Source: Bacilli bacterium
GTDB lineage: Bacteria > Bacillota_I > Bacilli_A > RF39 > UBA660
Direction of reading: 5' to 3'
DNA: 64,000 nucleotides
NCBI GenBank assembly: GCA_017410525.1
Contig: JAFQQQ010000003.1
Location: forward strand, 123,434 to 187,433
Shown here in pieces: positions 51,903 through 60,331 of this stretch. Position 1 is the stretch's first letter, and the number at the start of each line of letters is the position of its first letter. A model generated the notes under the pieces. The model had not been told where the DNA came from, ran no database searches, and worked only from the letters and a program-made list of their open reading frames with translations. The position numbers and the translations under genes are program-made.

Positions 51903-52253
51903 TCACCCTTTTATAATCTTTTTCGTTTCTTTATTACCTATATAAGTAATCTTAATTTTATTATTATAAATTATATTATATATTCCCCTATATTCTTTAC
52001 TAACACTCATCTCTACACTACTTTCACTATCTTTAATAATAATTTCTATATCTTCAACATTATTTTCAATTAGTTTAATAGTTTTATCTTTATTATTACT
52101 TTCCAAATAATATTCTAAAGCATCATAAATATTATTATCACACTTTCTTTTTTCTATAGATAACATGCCTAAATCTATTATGAATGTTAATATCATAAGA
52201 AATATTGGCAGTAATATTATAAATATAACAAGCACTTGTCCTCTACTGTTCAT
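51903..52253 (-). CDS. TadE/TadG-like pseudopilin
   Basis: MNSRG/QVLVIFIILLPIFLMILTFIIDLG N-terminal Tad-like hydrophobic motif. Confidence 0.7.
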   Translation of the reverse strand: MNSRGQVLVIFIILLPIFLMILTFIIDLGMLSIEKRKCDNNIYDALEYYLESNNKDKTIKLIENNVEDIEIIIKDSESSVEMSVSKEYRGIYNIIYNNKIKITYIGNKETKKIIKG

Positions 52254-52584
52254 TATAAATACTCTTTTCTACACTAATATCATAACTTTTACCAAATACC
52301 AAGTTTAACATAGGAGATATAATTCTTATATCTTTACTTAAAACTATATTAGTTAAATCCCCATCATTAGTAAACTCAACTTTAATATTTTTTTTATTAG
52401 TATAACTATTTATTTCTTTATATTTTTCATCTCTATACAAACTAGATAATGTATCAATATCATTTTCTAAAGAATATTTTTTAGAAATAATATTTCCAAA
52501 ATCTATTACCGATATTACAAGTAATAAAAATATTGGTAAAATAATAACAAATTCTACTAATGCCTGTCCTTTATTATTCTTCAT
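52243..52584 (-). CDS. TadE-like pseudopilin
   Basis: MKNNKG/QALVEFVIILPIFLLLVISVIDFG. Start at the ATG at 52582-52584. Confidence 0.75.
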   Translation of the reverse strand: MKNNKGQALVEFVIILPIFLLLVISVIDFGNIISKKYSLENDIDTLSSLYRDEKYKEINSYTNKKNIKVEFTNDGDLTNIVLSKDIRIISPMLNLVFGKSYDISVEKSIYNEQ

Positions 52585-52631
52585 AATATCACACTCTACC
52601 ATCCTACATAATTATATCAAACAATATAAAA

Positions 52632-52655
52632 AAAAGATAGTGTTTTCTATCTTTT
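52632..52655 (-). terminator. recO terminator (separates recO from the Tad operon)
   Basis: aaaagatag / ctatctttt stem followed on the minus strand by T8. Confidence 0.7.
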
Positions 52656-52668
52656 ATTAACAAAATAT

Positions 52669-53412
52669 TTACTTTTTAACGCTTATTATATTTTTTAAAA
52701 AAGCCTTACTTTTTAAATATAACCCTGTATATCTATCATAATAATCATCTATAAAATTATTAACTTCATATACAACATCTTTTTTTATATCTAGTTTATC
52801 TATCTTATTTATATCTACTAATGTATACATTCTAACTAGTTTTATTGCTTTATCGCTAACAATAGGTTCATTAGTATGACATTTCATGCATAAATATCCA
52901 CCTTTATCACTGGATAAAGTGACTACATTTTTAGATCCACATATACTACATCCATTTAAATTAGGCATTACTCCTAAATATTCTAAATATTTAAGTTCTA
53001 TTATATTAGTTATAATTAGTGGATTGAAATTATTATTTATTTTAATTAAAGAACTAATAAGTAAATCATATAAACTATTATCTTCGCATTGTTTATATAC
53101 TTGATTAGTTAAATCAATTAAAAAACTAGCATAACTTATTTTTTCTATATCTTTTTTTATATTAGAAAAATTATTTATAACACTAGCCTCACTAAGTATT
53201 GATAATTTATCTTTTTTAAAATATATAGTAAATGTTGCATAAGTTAATTTATCAGTAACACTTCTTAAATTACTTTTTAAGGATTTACATCCTTTAGCCA
53301 TAACTCCGATAATACCATATTCTTTAGTTAATATGTCTATTATTTTACTAGTATCACCATAATTTTTAACATTTATTATAATACCTTCTACATCAATAAC
53401 TTTATTATTCAT
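52669..53412 (-). CDS. recO: DNA repair protein RecO
   Basis: 247 aa with an OB-fold N-terminus and a CSICGS...CMKC zinc motif. The era-yqzL-recO synteny is kept. Confidence 0.9.
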   Translation of the reverse strand: MNNKVIDVEGIIINVKNYGDTSKIIDILTKEYGIIGVMAKGCKSLKSNLRSVTDKLTYATFTIYFKKDKLSILSEASVINNFSNIKKDIEKISYASFLIDLTNQVYKQCEDNSLYDLLISSLIKINNNFNPLIITNIIELKYLEYLGVMPNLNGCSICGSKNVVTLSSDKGGYLCMKCHTNEPIVSDKAIKLVRMYTLVDINKIDKLDIKKDVVYEVNNFIDDYYDRYTGLYLKSKAFLKNIISVKK

Positions 53413-53653
53413 CTACTTCCTCAAAACGATATTCTTGTTCTACATCAGGATATTTTTCTTTATCCACTAACGAATTAAACATGTCATATGGTCTTGCCCA
53501 TTTTAAATTATCTCCATACATGGCTTGATATATAACTACTTTTTTAAACTCTTCATCATTATTAGATTCTGAATCATAAACTATATCTAATACTTTATAT
53601 AAATTTCCCTTAAAGTGTTTATATTTTTTGCCTGTTTTAATTGTTCTTTCCAT
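53405..53653 (-). CDS. DUF1653 family protein
   Basis: YKHFKGNLYKVL...VIYQAMYGD...ARPYDMF pattern. Confidence 0.7.
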   Translation of the reverse strand: MERTIKTGKKYKHFKGNLYKVLDIVYDSESNNDEEFKKVVIYQAMYGDNLKWARPYDMFNSLVDKEKYPDVEQEYRFEEVDE

Positions 53654-53735
53654 CTTTTTTCACTTCTTCTTTATATTTTAAATAATATTCTACTTTTCCT
53701 GTACTTTTAAATAAATCCCATAATAATTCTTTCAT
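53637..53735 (-). CDS. yqzL: YqzL-like small protein (32 aa)
   Basis: Hand-called: MKELLWDLFKSTGKVEYYLKYKEEVKKDGKNN, with an AGGTGA RBS. It sits between era and recO as in B. subtilis and overlaps the DUF1653 start by 17 nt. Confidence 0.6.
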   Translation of the reverse strand: MKELLWDLFKSTGKVEYYLKYKEEVKKDGKNN

Positions 53736-53779
53736 AGTATCACCTATTTAATTATGGGAATATTTATTTTTTTTATTCA

Positions 53780-54667
53780 TTAATTTTCAAAATCATTAAA
53801 ACCAAATTCAGACAAATATCTTTCTTTTTCTCTCCATTTTTTTACGGTCTTAACAAATAATTCTAAATAAACATTTTTATTTAATAGTTTTTCTAAATCT
53901 TTTCTAGCTTCTATGCCTATTTTTTTAATCATTTCACCTTGTTTACCAATTATAATTTTCTTTAACGAATCTCTATCTACTATTATAGATATTCTTATAT
54001 TATAACTAGTTTTACCTACTTCTACACTATCAGTTACACATGTAATTGAATGTGGAACTTCTTCTTCTGTAAAATTAAATACTTTTTCCCTAACTATTTC
54101 TGCCATTAAAAAATCTATTGATTTATTAGTAATACTATCTTCACCATAATATCTAATTGTATCTGGTAAGTATTTTTTTAACGTTTCTATCAAATCATCT
54201 ATATTACTTTTAGTAATAGAAGAAACCGGTATTATCTCATCAAAGTCATATAAATCTTTATAATCATTTATTCTATTAAATATTTCTTCATGCGTTATTT
54301 TATCTATTTTATTTATAACTAATATTACTGGTTTATTTATATTTTTTAACTTTTCTAGTATGTAAATATCCCCTTTTCCTAAACCTTCATAAGCATCAAC
54401 TAAAAATAATATTATATCCGTATCATCTATACTATAATAAGCCTGTTTGTTTAAAGTTTTACCTAATTTATTTATAGGTTTATGTATGCCTGGAGTATCT
54501 ACAAATACTATTTGAACTTTATCTTCATTATAAATACCTTGAATAATATTACGAGTAGTTTGCGGTTTATTAGATGTTATCGCAACTTTTCTACCTATTA
54601 TACTATTAATTAGTGTACTTTTACCTACATTAGGTCTACCTATTATACCTACAAAACCACTTTTCAT
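53780..54667 (-). CDS. era: GTPase Era
   Basis: GRPNVGKST G1 motif, DTPG, NKID and a C-terminal KH domain. Confidence 0.95.
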   Translation of the reverse strand: MKSGFVGIIGRPNVGKSTLINSIIGRKVAITSNKPQTTRNIIQGIYNEDKVQIVFVDTPGIHKPINKLGKTLNKQAYYSIDDTDIILFLVDAYEGLGKGDIYILEKLKNINKPVILVINKIDKITHEEIFNRINDYKDLYDFDEIIPVSSITKSNIDDLIETLKKYLPDTIRYYGEDSITNKSIDFLMAEIVREKVFNFTEEEVPHSITCVTDSVEVGKTSYNIRISIIVDRDSLKKIIIGKQGEMIKKIGIEARKDLEKLLNKNVYLELFVKTVKKWREKERYLSEFGFNDFEN

Positions 54668-54676
54668 ATTTCACCT

Positions 54677-55093
54677 CTAACTAAATAATGCTACAATTTT
54701 TGGGAAGAAAATTATTATGTTTAGTAATATAGCAACTATAAATATTATGAAAGTTGCACCACTACCACAATCTTTTGCTATTTTAATAAGGGAATTGTAT
54801 TCTTTTGATATAGCATCACACGCTGCTTCTATAGCAGTATTTATAAGTTCTACAGCAAGTATAAATCCAAGCATAAATATAATTAATATCCATTCAAGCC
54901 CGTTAATTCTATAAGCAAAACCCATTATAACTTCAAGCAAAACGCCAAAAACATATAACAGAATACTTTTGCCATCTCTAGCATAACACCTAATTCCATT
55001 TAATGAATTTTTTATTGTTTGAAAAACTGATTTAGGAGTTAAGTTTCTTTTCTTTAAATCTTCTTCAATTTTATTTTTTAATTCCGTACTCAT
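54677..55093 (-). CDS. dgkA: Diacylglycerol/undecaprenol kinase (DgkA family)
   Basis: Three TM segments and the ELINTAIEAACDAIS motif. Confidence 0.85.
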   Translation of the reverse strand: MSTELKNKIEEDLKKRNLTPKSVFQTIKNSLNGIRCYARDGKSILLYVFGVLLEVIMGFAYRINGLEWILIIFMLGFILAVELINTAIEAACDAISKEYNSLIKIAKDCGSGATFIIFIVAILLNIIIFFPKIVALFS

Positions 55094-55517
55094 TTAAAAT
55101 CATCTCCTGTAATTTAAACATGACTTTTTCATCTTCAACATTCATATGATCATATCCGAGCAAATGAAGTAATCCATGAATAGTTAAAAATGACAATTCT
55201 CTCAAAAAACTATGTCCATATTCCATTGATTGTTCTTTACACTTTTTAAGACATATATAAATATCTCCTAATATTCTCATATCTGTTTGGATAAATGTAT
55301 CATCATCTTCTAAAGCAAAACTAATTACATCAGTAACAGAATCTTTATTTCTATATTCTCTATTTATTTCTTGTATTTTAGCTTCATCTACAATAATTAT
55401 ATTAAATATAGAGTTTTCTATTTGTTGATAGTTAAGAGCAAAATCAACTAACTTTTTTATATCTTTTAATTCTTTAATATTTTCATTTGTTTCATTTATA
55501 ATTTCAAAACTATTCAT
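55071..55517 (-). CDS. ybeY: rRNA maturation endoribonuclease YbeY
   Basis: HGLLHLLGYDH zinc motif. Start chosen at the ATG at 55515-55517 (GGTGA RBS); the ORF-track start at 55529 is also possible. Confidence 0.9.
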   Translation of the reverse strand: MNSFEIINETNENIKELKDIKKLVDFALNYQQIENSIFNIIIVDEAKIQEINREYRNKDSVTDVISFALEDDDTFIQTDMRILGDIYICLKKCKEQSMEYGHSFLRELSFLTIHGLLHLLGYDHMNVEDEKVMFKLQEMILNEYGIKK

Positions 55518-55571
55518 TCCATTCACCATACCAATATAATTATATTATAAATACTCGCTTTTTACAATAAT

Positions 55572-55597
55572 AAAAAAAGAATCTTTTGATTCTTTTA
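55572..55597 (-). terminator. Terminator after the SPFH/zinc-ribbon gene
   Basis: aaagaatc tttt gattcttt hairpin followed on the minus strand by T7. Confidence 0.7.
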
Positions 55598-56845
55598 TAA
55601 TTTAGTTCCACAATTCATACAAAATTTAGCGTTTTCTAATGCTTTTTCTCCGCAATTTGTACAAAATTTTTCTTGTGGTTCTTCTGGTTTTTTAGTCCCA
55701 CATTCAGTACAGAAATTGGCAGTTATTATATTCCCACAATTAGGACAAGGAACTCCTTCTGTTTTAACTTCTTCTACTTTTGGTTCCTCAACGGTTGGTT
55801 CTGGCATTTCCACTCCACCACCAAATACATTCATTACGTCCATTGGTTCATTATTTTGTGCTTGTGCTGAAATATTTGCTCCAAACATAGCACCGCCTTG
55901 GTTAAGCATCCCCATTCCCATAAATCCAGTCATAGAGCCAGATTCATTTCCAGCAGCTTCAACTAAAGCCTCACTAGCAGCAGCATTTGCACGAGCACCT
56001 TGCATTGCTGGATTCATTGCATATAATCTATCTCCTTGAGCAGACTTAATCATATCAGCAGATTCTTCAGTTGGGGTAGCACTAGCAATAGATACTCTTT
56101 CTACATTTATACCTTGAGATCCCCAAGTATCTTGTAAGCATTCTTTTACAGCAGCACTTATTTCAGTTACAGCTCCTGGCAACATATCATAAGATATTCT
56201 TTGCATAGCTACTTTAGCTAAAGCAGGTTGTAAAGCTTGTAAGAAATCTGCTAAGAACGTGTCTTTAAAACTTTCATTTATTATATAATCTTCTTCTATA
56301 TTTCCACCATATGAATGATAGAAAGCAAGTGGATCTGTAATTTCCATTACATATTCACCATAACATCTAATATCTACAGTTATTCCAAATTCACTATCTC
56401 TAAATGGAATTGGAGTTGTTGTACCAAATTTATTTCCCTTAATTAAACGAGTATTTACAAAATAAACTCTTTGATCGTGAGGCGCAACTCCACCAGTTGT
56501 AAATCTTTCTCCAAACTTTTTGAAAGATTCAATTAATCCTTTACCAAATCCACCATAAAACATTGATGGTTCAGTACCTTGATCAAATGTATATTGTCCT
56601 GGCTCAGCAGTAAAATCAACTATTTTGCCATCAGAAACAACTATTAAAAATTGATCTTCACCTACAACAATTTTACTACCATTAGTAATAACATTGTCTG
56701 TTCCCTTAGTGTTTGAACCTTCTTGTTTAGAAACACCTTTTCTCATAAGTACATTATCTTCCATTCTTTCACAATAAATGTACTCTAACCATTGATCTGC
56801 AAGAACACTAGATCCTGCAGCTAATGCAGTTTTTATTAAACCCAT
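55595..56845 (-). CDS. SPFH-domain protein with a C-terminal double zinc ribbon (YdjI/COG4260-like)
   Basis: MGLIKTALAAGSSVLADQWLEYIYC N-terminus, an Ala/Gly/Met-rich linker, then CPNCG..CTECG and CTNCG..CMNCG. Confidence 0.8.
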   Translation of the reverse strand: MGLIKTALAAGSSVLADQWLEYIYCERMEDNVLMRKGVSKQEGSNTKGTDNVITNGSKIVVGEDQFLIVVSDGKIVDFTAEPGQYTFDQGTEPSMFYGGFGKGLIESFKKFGERFTTGGVAPHDQRVYFVNTRLIKGNKFGTTTPIPFRDSEFGITVDIRCYGEYVMEITDPLAFYHSYGGNIEEDYIINESFKDTFLADFLQALQPALAKVAMQRISYDMLPGAVTEISAAVKECLQDTWGSQGINVERVSIASATPTEESADMIKSAQGDRLYAMNPAMQGARANAAASEALVEAAGNESGSMTGFMGMGMLNQGGAMFGANISAQAQNNEPMDVMNVFGGGVEMPEPTVEEPKVEEVKTEGVPCPNCGNIITANFCTECGTKKPEEPQEKFCTNCGEKALENAKFCMNCGTKL

Positions 56846-56938
56846 TTTTACCATCCTTCCTTGTATACTATTATACTATTATCATTATATAATAAAAATT
56901 AAATAAAATCAAATAAAAAGTAGAATAGTAATTCTATT

Positions 56939-58675
56939 CTATTTTTTTAATTGTAAACCAAGCTCTATTAACTGTTTTTCATCTACATTACTTGGACACT
57001 CACTCATTAAATCAGTTGCAGATGCAGTTTTAGGAAATGCTATTACATCACGTATGTTATCTGTTTCAGAAAGCAACATACATAGTCTATCTAATCCAAG
57101 TGCAAATCCACCATGTGGAGGACATCCATATTTTAATGCATCTACAAAGAATCCAAATTTTTCATTTATATCATCACTACTTAATTCAAGCGCTTTAAAC
57201 ATAATTTCTTGTACTTTTTCATCGTGTATACGTATAGATCCACCACCTGCTTCATAACCATTTATAACAATATCATAAGCCTTGCTATAGCAATTAGCTT
57301 TATCTGTTAAAAGTTTATCCACATCTTCATCTTTTGGAGAAGTAAATGGATGATGACAAGCCATATATCTATTTTCTTCTTCGCTCCATTCGAAAGATGG
57401 AAAATCCACCACCCATAATAACTTATATTCGCCTTTTTTTAGCAGATTTAAATCATTAGCAAGTTTGCATCTTAAAGCACCTAATGAAGTTTTTACTACA
57501 TTATATTTGCCTGAGATTATCAATACTAAGTCATTATTTTCAAGATTCAATTCTTCTTTTATGTTATTAATTTCTTCATTACTTAACACTTTTACTATAG
57601 ATCCGGTTACTTCTTCATTATATTTTATATAAGCCAAACCTTGTGCCTTATATGTTTTTACAAAATCAGTTAATTTATCTAAATCTTTTCTAGAATATCT
57701 ATCAGCTACATTTTTAACAACTATAGCATTTATTATTCCTTTTTCCTCTATAACATTTTTAAATATAGTAAAATTAGTATCTTTAAAAATGTGTGTTATA
57801 TCATTTATTTCCATACCAAATCTTAAGTCAGGTTTATCAGAACCATATTTAGCTATCGCCTCATCATACTTCATTCTCATTAAAGGTAATTTTATATCAA
57901 CGTTTTTTACTTCTTTAAATATAGTAGCAACTAAATTTTCTCCTAAATTCATAATTTCATCTTCATTTACAAATGAACATTCAACGTCTATTTGAGTAAA
58001 TTCTGGTTGTCTGTCTGCTCTTAAATCTTCGTCTCTAAAACATTTAGCTATTTGAAAATATCTTTCAAAACCACTAACCATTAATAACTGTTTAAATATT
58101 TGTGGTGATTGTGGCAATGCAAAAAATTTACCTTTATTAACTCTTGATGGTACTAAATAATCTCTTGCTCCTTCTGGAGTCGATTTACAAAGTATTGGGG
58201 TTTCTATTTCTAAGAAATCTAAATCATTTAAAAACTTTCGTGTTGAATAAGTTACAGCATTTCTAATAATAAAGTTATTCTTTAAATTCTCTCTTCTTAA
58301 ATCTAAATATCTATATTTTAATCTTGTATCCTCTAAAGCAGTTGTATCATTAGTTATAGCAAATGGTATTTCTTTAGATTTATTTATTAACTTTAATTCT
58401 ATTGTTTCTACTTCTATTTCTCCAGTATCTAATTTTTCATTTTTGCTTTCTCTTTCTACTATTTTACCAGTTACTTCTATAACATACTCTGATTTTAATG
58501 AATTAGCAATTTCATAATATTCATTTTCTGGTTTTACAATCACTTGTATTATTCCAGTTCTATTTCTTAAATCTATAAAAACAAGTCCCCCTAAATTTCT
58601 TACTTTACTAATCCAACCTTTGAGTGTTACTACATCCCCTACATTTTTAATATTATAATTTTTATATTTTTCCAT
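56939..58675 (-). CDS. aspS: Aspartate--tRNA ligase
   Basis: 578 aa with an OB anticodon-binding N-terminus, class II motifs (FRDEDLRADRQPEFTQID, GGGSIRIH, GLDRL) and a GAD insertion. Confidence 0.96.
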   Translation of the reverse strand: MEKYKNYNIKNVGDVVTLKGWISKVRNLGGLVFIDLRNRTGIIQVIVKPENEYYEIANSLKSEYVIEVTGKIVERESKNEKLDTGEIEVETIELKLINKSKEIPFAITNDTTALEDTRLKYRYLDLRRENLKNNFIIRNAVTYSTRKFLNDLDFLEIETPILCKSTPEGARDYLVPSRVNKGKFFALPQSPQIFKQLLMVSGFERYFQIAKCFRDEDLRADRQPEFTQIDVECSFVNEDEIMNLGENLVATIFKEVKNVDIKLPLMRMKYDEAIAKYGSDKPDLRFGMEINDITHIFKDTNFTIFKNVIEEKGIINAIVVKNVADRYSRKDLDKLTDFVKTYKAQGLAYIKYNEEVTGSIVKVLSNEEINNIKEELNLENNDLVLIISGKYNVVKTSLGALRCKLANDLNLLKKGEYKLLWVVDFPSFEWSEEENRYMACHHPFTSPKDEDVDKLLTDKANCYSKAYDIVINGYEAGGGSIRIHDEKVQEIMFKALELSSDDINEKFGFFVDALKYGCPPHGGFALGLDRLCMLLSETDNIRDVIAFPKTASATDLMSECPSNVDEKQLIELGLQLKK

Positions 58676-58692
58676 ATTTCCTCCTTAAAATA

Positions 58693-58886
58693 ATAAAAAA
58701 ATCCATAAATACAAGGGCGATATAATCGCTGTGCCACCTTGATTCATAGATTTAATCTACCTTTATAACCTTTAACGAAGTTACCCGATTATTTAACGTT
58801 TAATGTCTTCTATATAAAATCATTATTAGTTTTCACCAACCACTAACTCTCTTTAAATTATTTATATATACTCTTTCAAACAAATA
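58693..58886 (-). promoter_or_regulatory. T-box leader (Asp, GAC specifier) with terminator/antiterminator
   Basis: Minus strand shows AGAGAG and GGUGAAA stem I elements, GAA-GAC-A (GAC at 58805-58807) and the T-box sequence AAUCAAGGUGGCACAGCG (58727-58745). A long terminator helix ending in U7 sits just before the aspS RBS. Confidence 0.85.
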
Positions 58887-58893
58887 CAACTAT

Positions 58894-58921
58894 ATTATAA
58901 CATTATTTTTTATTTTTTCAA
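58894..58921 (-). promoter_or_regulatory. Sigma-A type promoter of the aspS T-box leader
   Basis: TTGAAA (58916-58921), 16-nt spacer, then TGTTATAAT (-10 hexamer at 58894-58899). Confidence 0.55.
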
Positions 58922-58927
58922 GTAACT

Positions 58928-59791
58928 TTATCTAATTTCATTAACTTTTATTTTAGTAGAAACCTCTTCTTCTAAAAGTTCTGGATTATCAAATATATAC
59001 TGTAGTAATTGTACCGACTTAGCAAAATAATATCCATCAGCTATTCTTTCATCCAAGTTAATACCAAATTCACATATACTTCTAATTTCTTTTTTACCTT
59101 TATCATTTATTACTTCAACTTTCTTTATCTCACCCATAGTAGCAAGTGATGAACAAGTACCAAAATTAGTAAGGTTGTGATAAATAGCGCCACATTTAAT
59201 AGCCCCTAAATTAGATACTATTATACTACTATAATATAAATTATCCTTTATAAGACTTTTTGGTAATAAATCATTTTTATCCATCCATTTAAATAATCCC
59301 ATTAAAGGTACTCTTACTATGTTAGGTAATTTACCAATAACATCAATTGCATTATTAGCACCTTCCTTAGTAGCTCTTTTTTGTCTTATACTATCTACTT
59401 TATCTTTTACTTTTTTGCTTATAATATCTATATTATCTTTTTCTTCTATAGGTACCATAACCATAATTTCTTCACTTCTATCATCAAATGATATTTTGGC
59501 AACAAAAGAAATTGTTATATCATTGTGCTCAAAAACATGACGATTAGCAATAAATCTATTTAACTTAGGTCTATTATAAATAGTTTTGCCTATAGCAGTT
59601 AGAAAAGTGTGAAAATAAGTTATATCACTACCTTCTTTTTTCTTCTTTTCTACATATTCAACTAATTTAGTTACATCCATCTTCTGATTTATAAAAACAT
59701 CACTATCACATCTTTTAGGTTTCAAATCTAACATAATTTGAAACATTCCATTTATATCTTTTATTCTTTTTGCATCTTTTCTATTTCTCAT
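58928..59791 (-). CDS. Stand-alone 2-oxoacid dehydrogenase E2 / CAT-like acyltransferase catalytic-domain protein (active-site His replaced)
   Basis: The C-terminal INLDERIADGYYFAKSVQLLQYIFDNPELL matches the E2 DHRxxDG...P motif region, but with E in place of H. No lipoyl or subunit-binding domain. Start at the ATG at 59789-59791 (AGGAG RBS). Confidence 0.7.
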   Translation of the reverse strand: MRNRKDAKRIKDINGMFQIMLDLKPKRCDSDVFINQKMDVTKLVEYVEKKKKEGSDITYFHTFLTAIGKTIYNRPKLNRFIANRHVFEHNDITISFVAKISFDDRSEEIMVMVPIEEKDNIDIISKKVKDKVDSIRQKRATKEGANNAIDVIGKLPNIVRVPLMGLFKWMDKNDLLPKSLIKDNLYYSSIIVSNLGAIKCGAIYHNLTNFGTCSSLATMGEIKKVEVINDKGKKEIRSICEFGINLDERIADGYYFAKSVQLLQYIFDNPELLEEEVSTKIKVNEIR

Positions 59792-59810
59792 AACTACACT
59801 CCTAATATTA

Positions 59811-59839
59811 AGTATAAATAAAAATTGACAAATTGTCAA
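59811..59839 (-). promoter_or_regulatory. Near-consensus sigma-A promoter for the E2-like gene
   Basis: On the minus strand: TTGACA (59834-59839), 17-nt spacer, TATACT (59811-59816), then AGGAG and the ATG. Confidence 0.55.
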
Positions 59840-59846
59840 TTTTTAT
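59818..59846. repeat. Perfect 13-bp inverted repeat (ataaaaattgaca-aat-tgtcaatttttat)
   Basis: Arms at 59818-59830 and 59834-59846. It overlaps the stop of the 162 aa ORF and the -35/spacer of the downstream promoter. Confidence 0.8.
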
Positions 59847-60331
59847 ATTCTTTTATAACTAGTTTGATCATCTCTACCTAAATAATCTACATCATCTTCG
59901 CCCATAAATATTGGTATATCAGTAGGTTCTTTATTTATAAGTGACAAAGAGTATAACATATCTATTTGATCTTCTGTTGCTTTATAATTTGCTATCTTAG
60001 GATCAGGAACTTTTATTATTGGCTTGAAATATAGAGGGTCATGACTATAATATACATAACCAAAACAATGAATAAGTATCTCTGCCGGACCATTTAAAGT
60101 TGTAAGGGTTAAAAGTGCGGAAGCAGTTGGATTAAACTTAAAATCTTTTATATTAAGTTTATCCCTTAAATATGCTTCTGCCCATTTATTATGTGAATCC
60201 CTTATTCTACCATATTCATCAGTTATTTTTTCTCCTCTTTTACAGACTTTATAAAAATTACCTTTTCTATCTATAAATCCTTCATATCTATAGATTTCCA
60301 TTACATCATCATATTTATTAAAATCGTACAT
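59843..60331 (-). CDS. Hypothetical protein (162 aa), translationally coupled to hisS
   Basis: Its ATG overlaps the hisS TAA (TAATG at 60329-60333). No recognisable family. Confidence 0.6.
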   Translation of the reverse strand: MYDFNKYDDVMEIYRYEGFIDRKGNFYKVCKRGEKITDEYGRIRDSHNKWAEAYLRDKLNIKDFKFNPTASALLTLTTLNGPAEILIHCFGYVYYSHDPLYFKPIIKVPDPKIANYKATEDQIDMLYSLSLINKEPTDIPIFMGEDDVDYLGRDDQTSYKRI

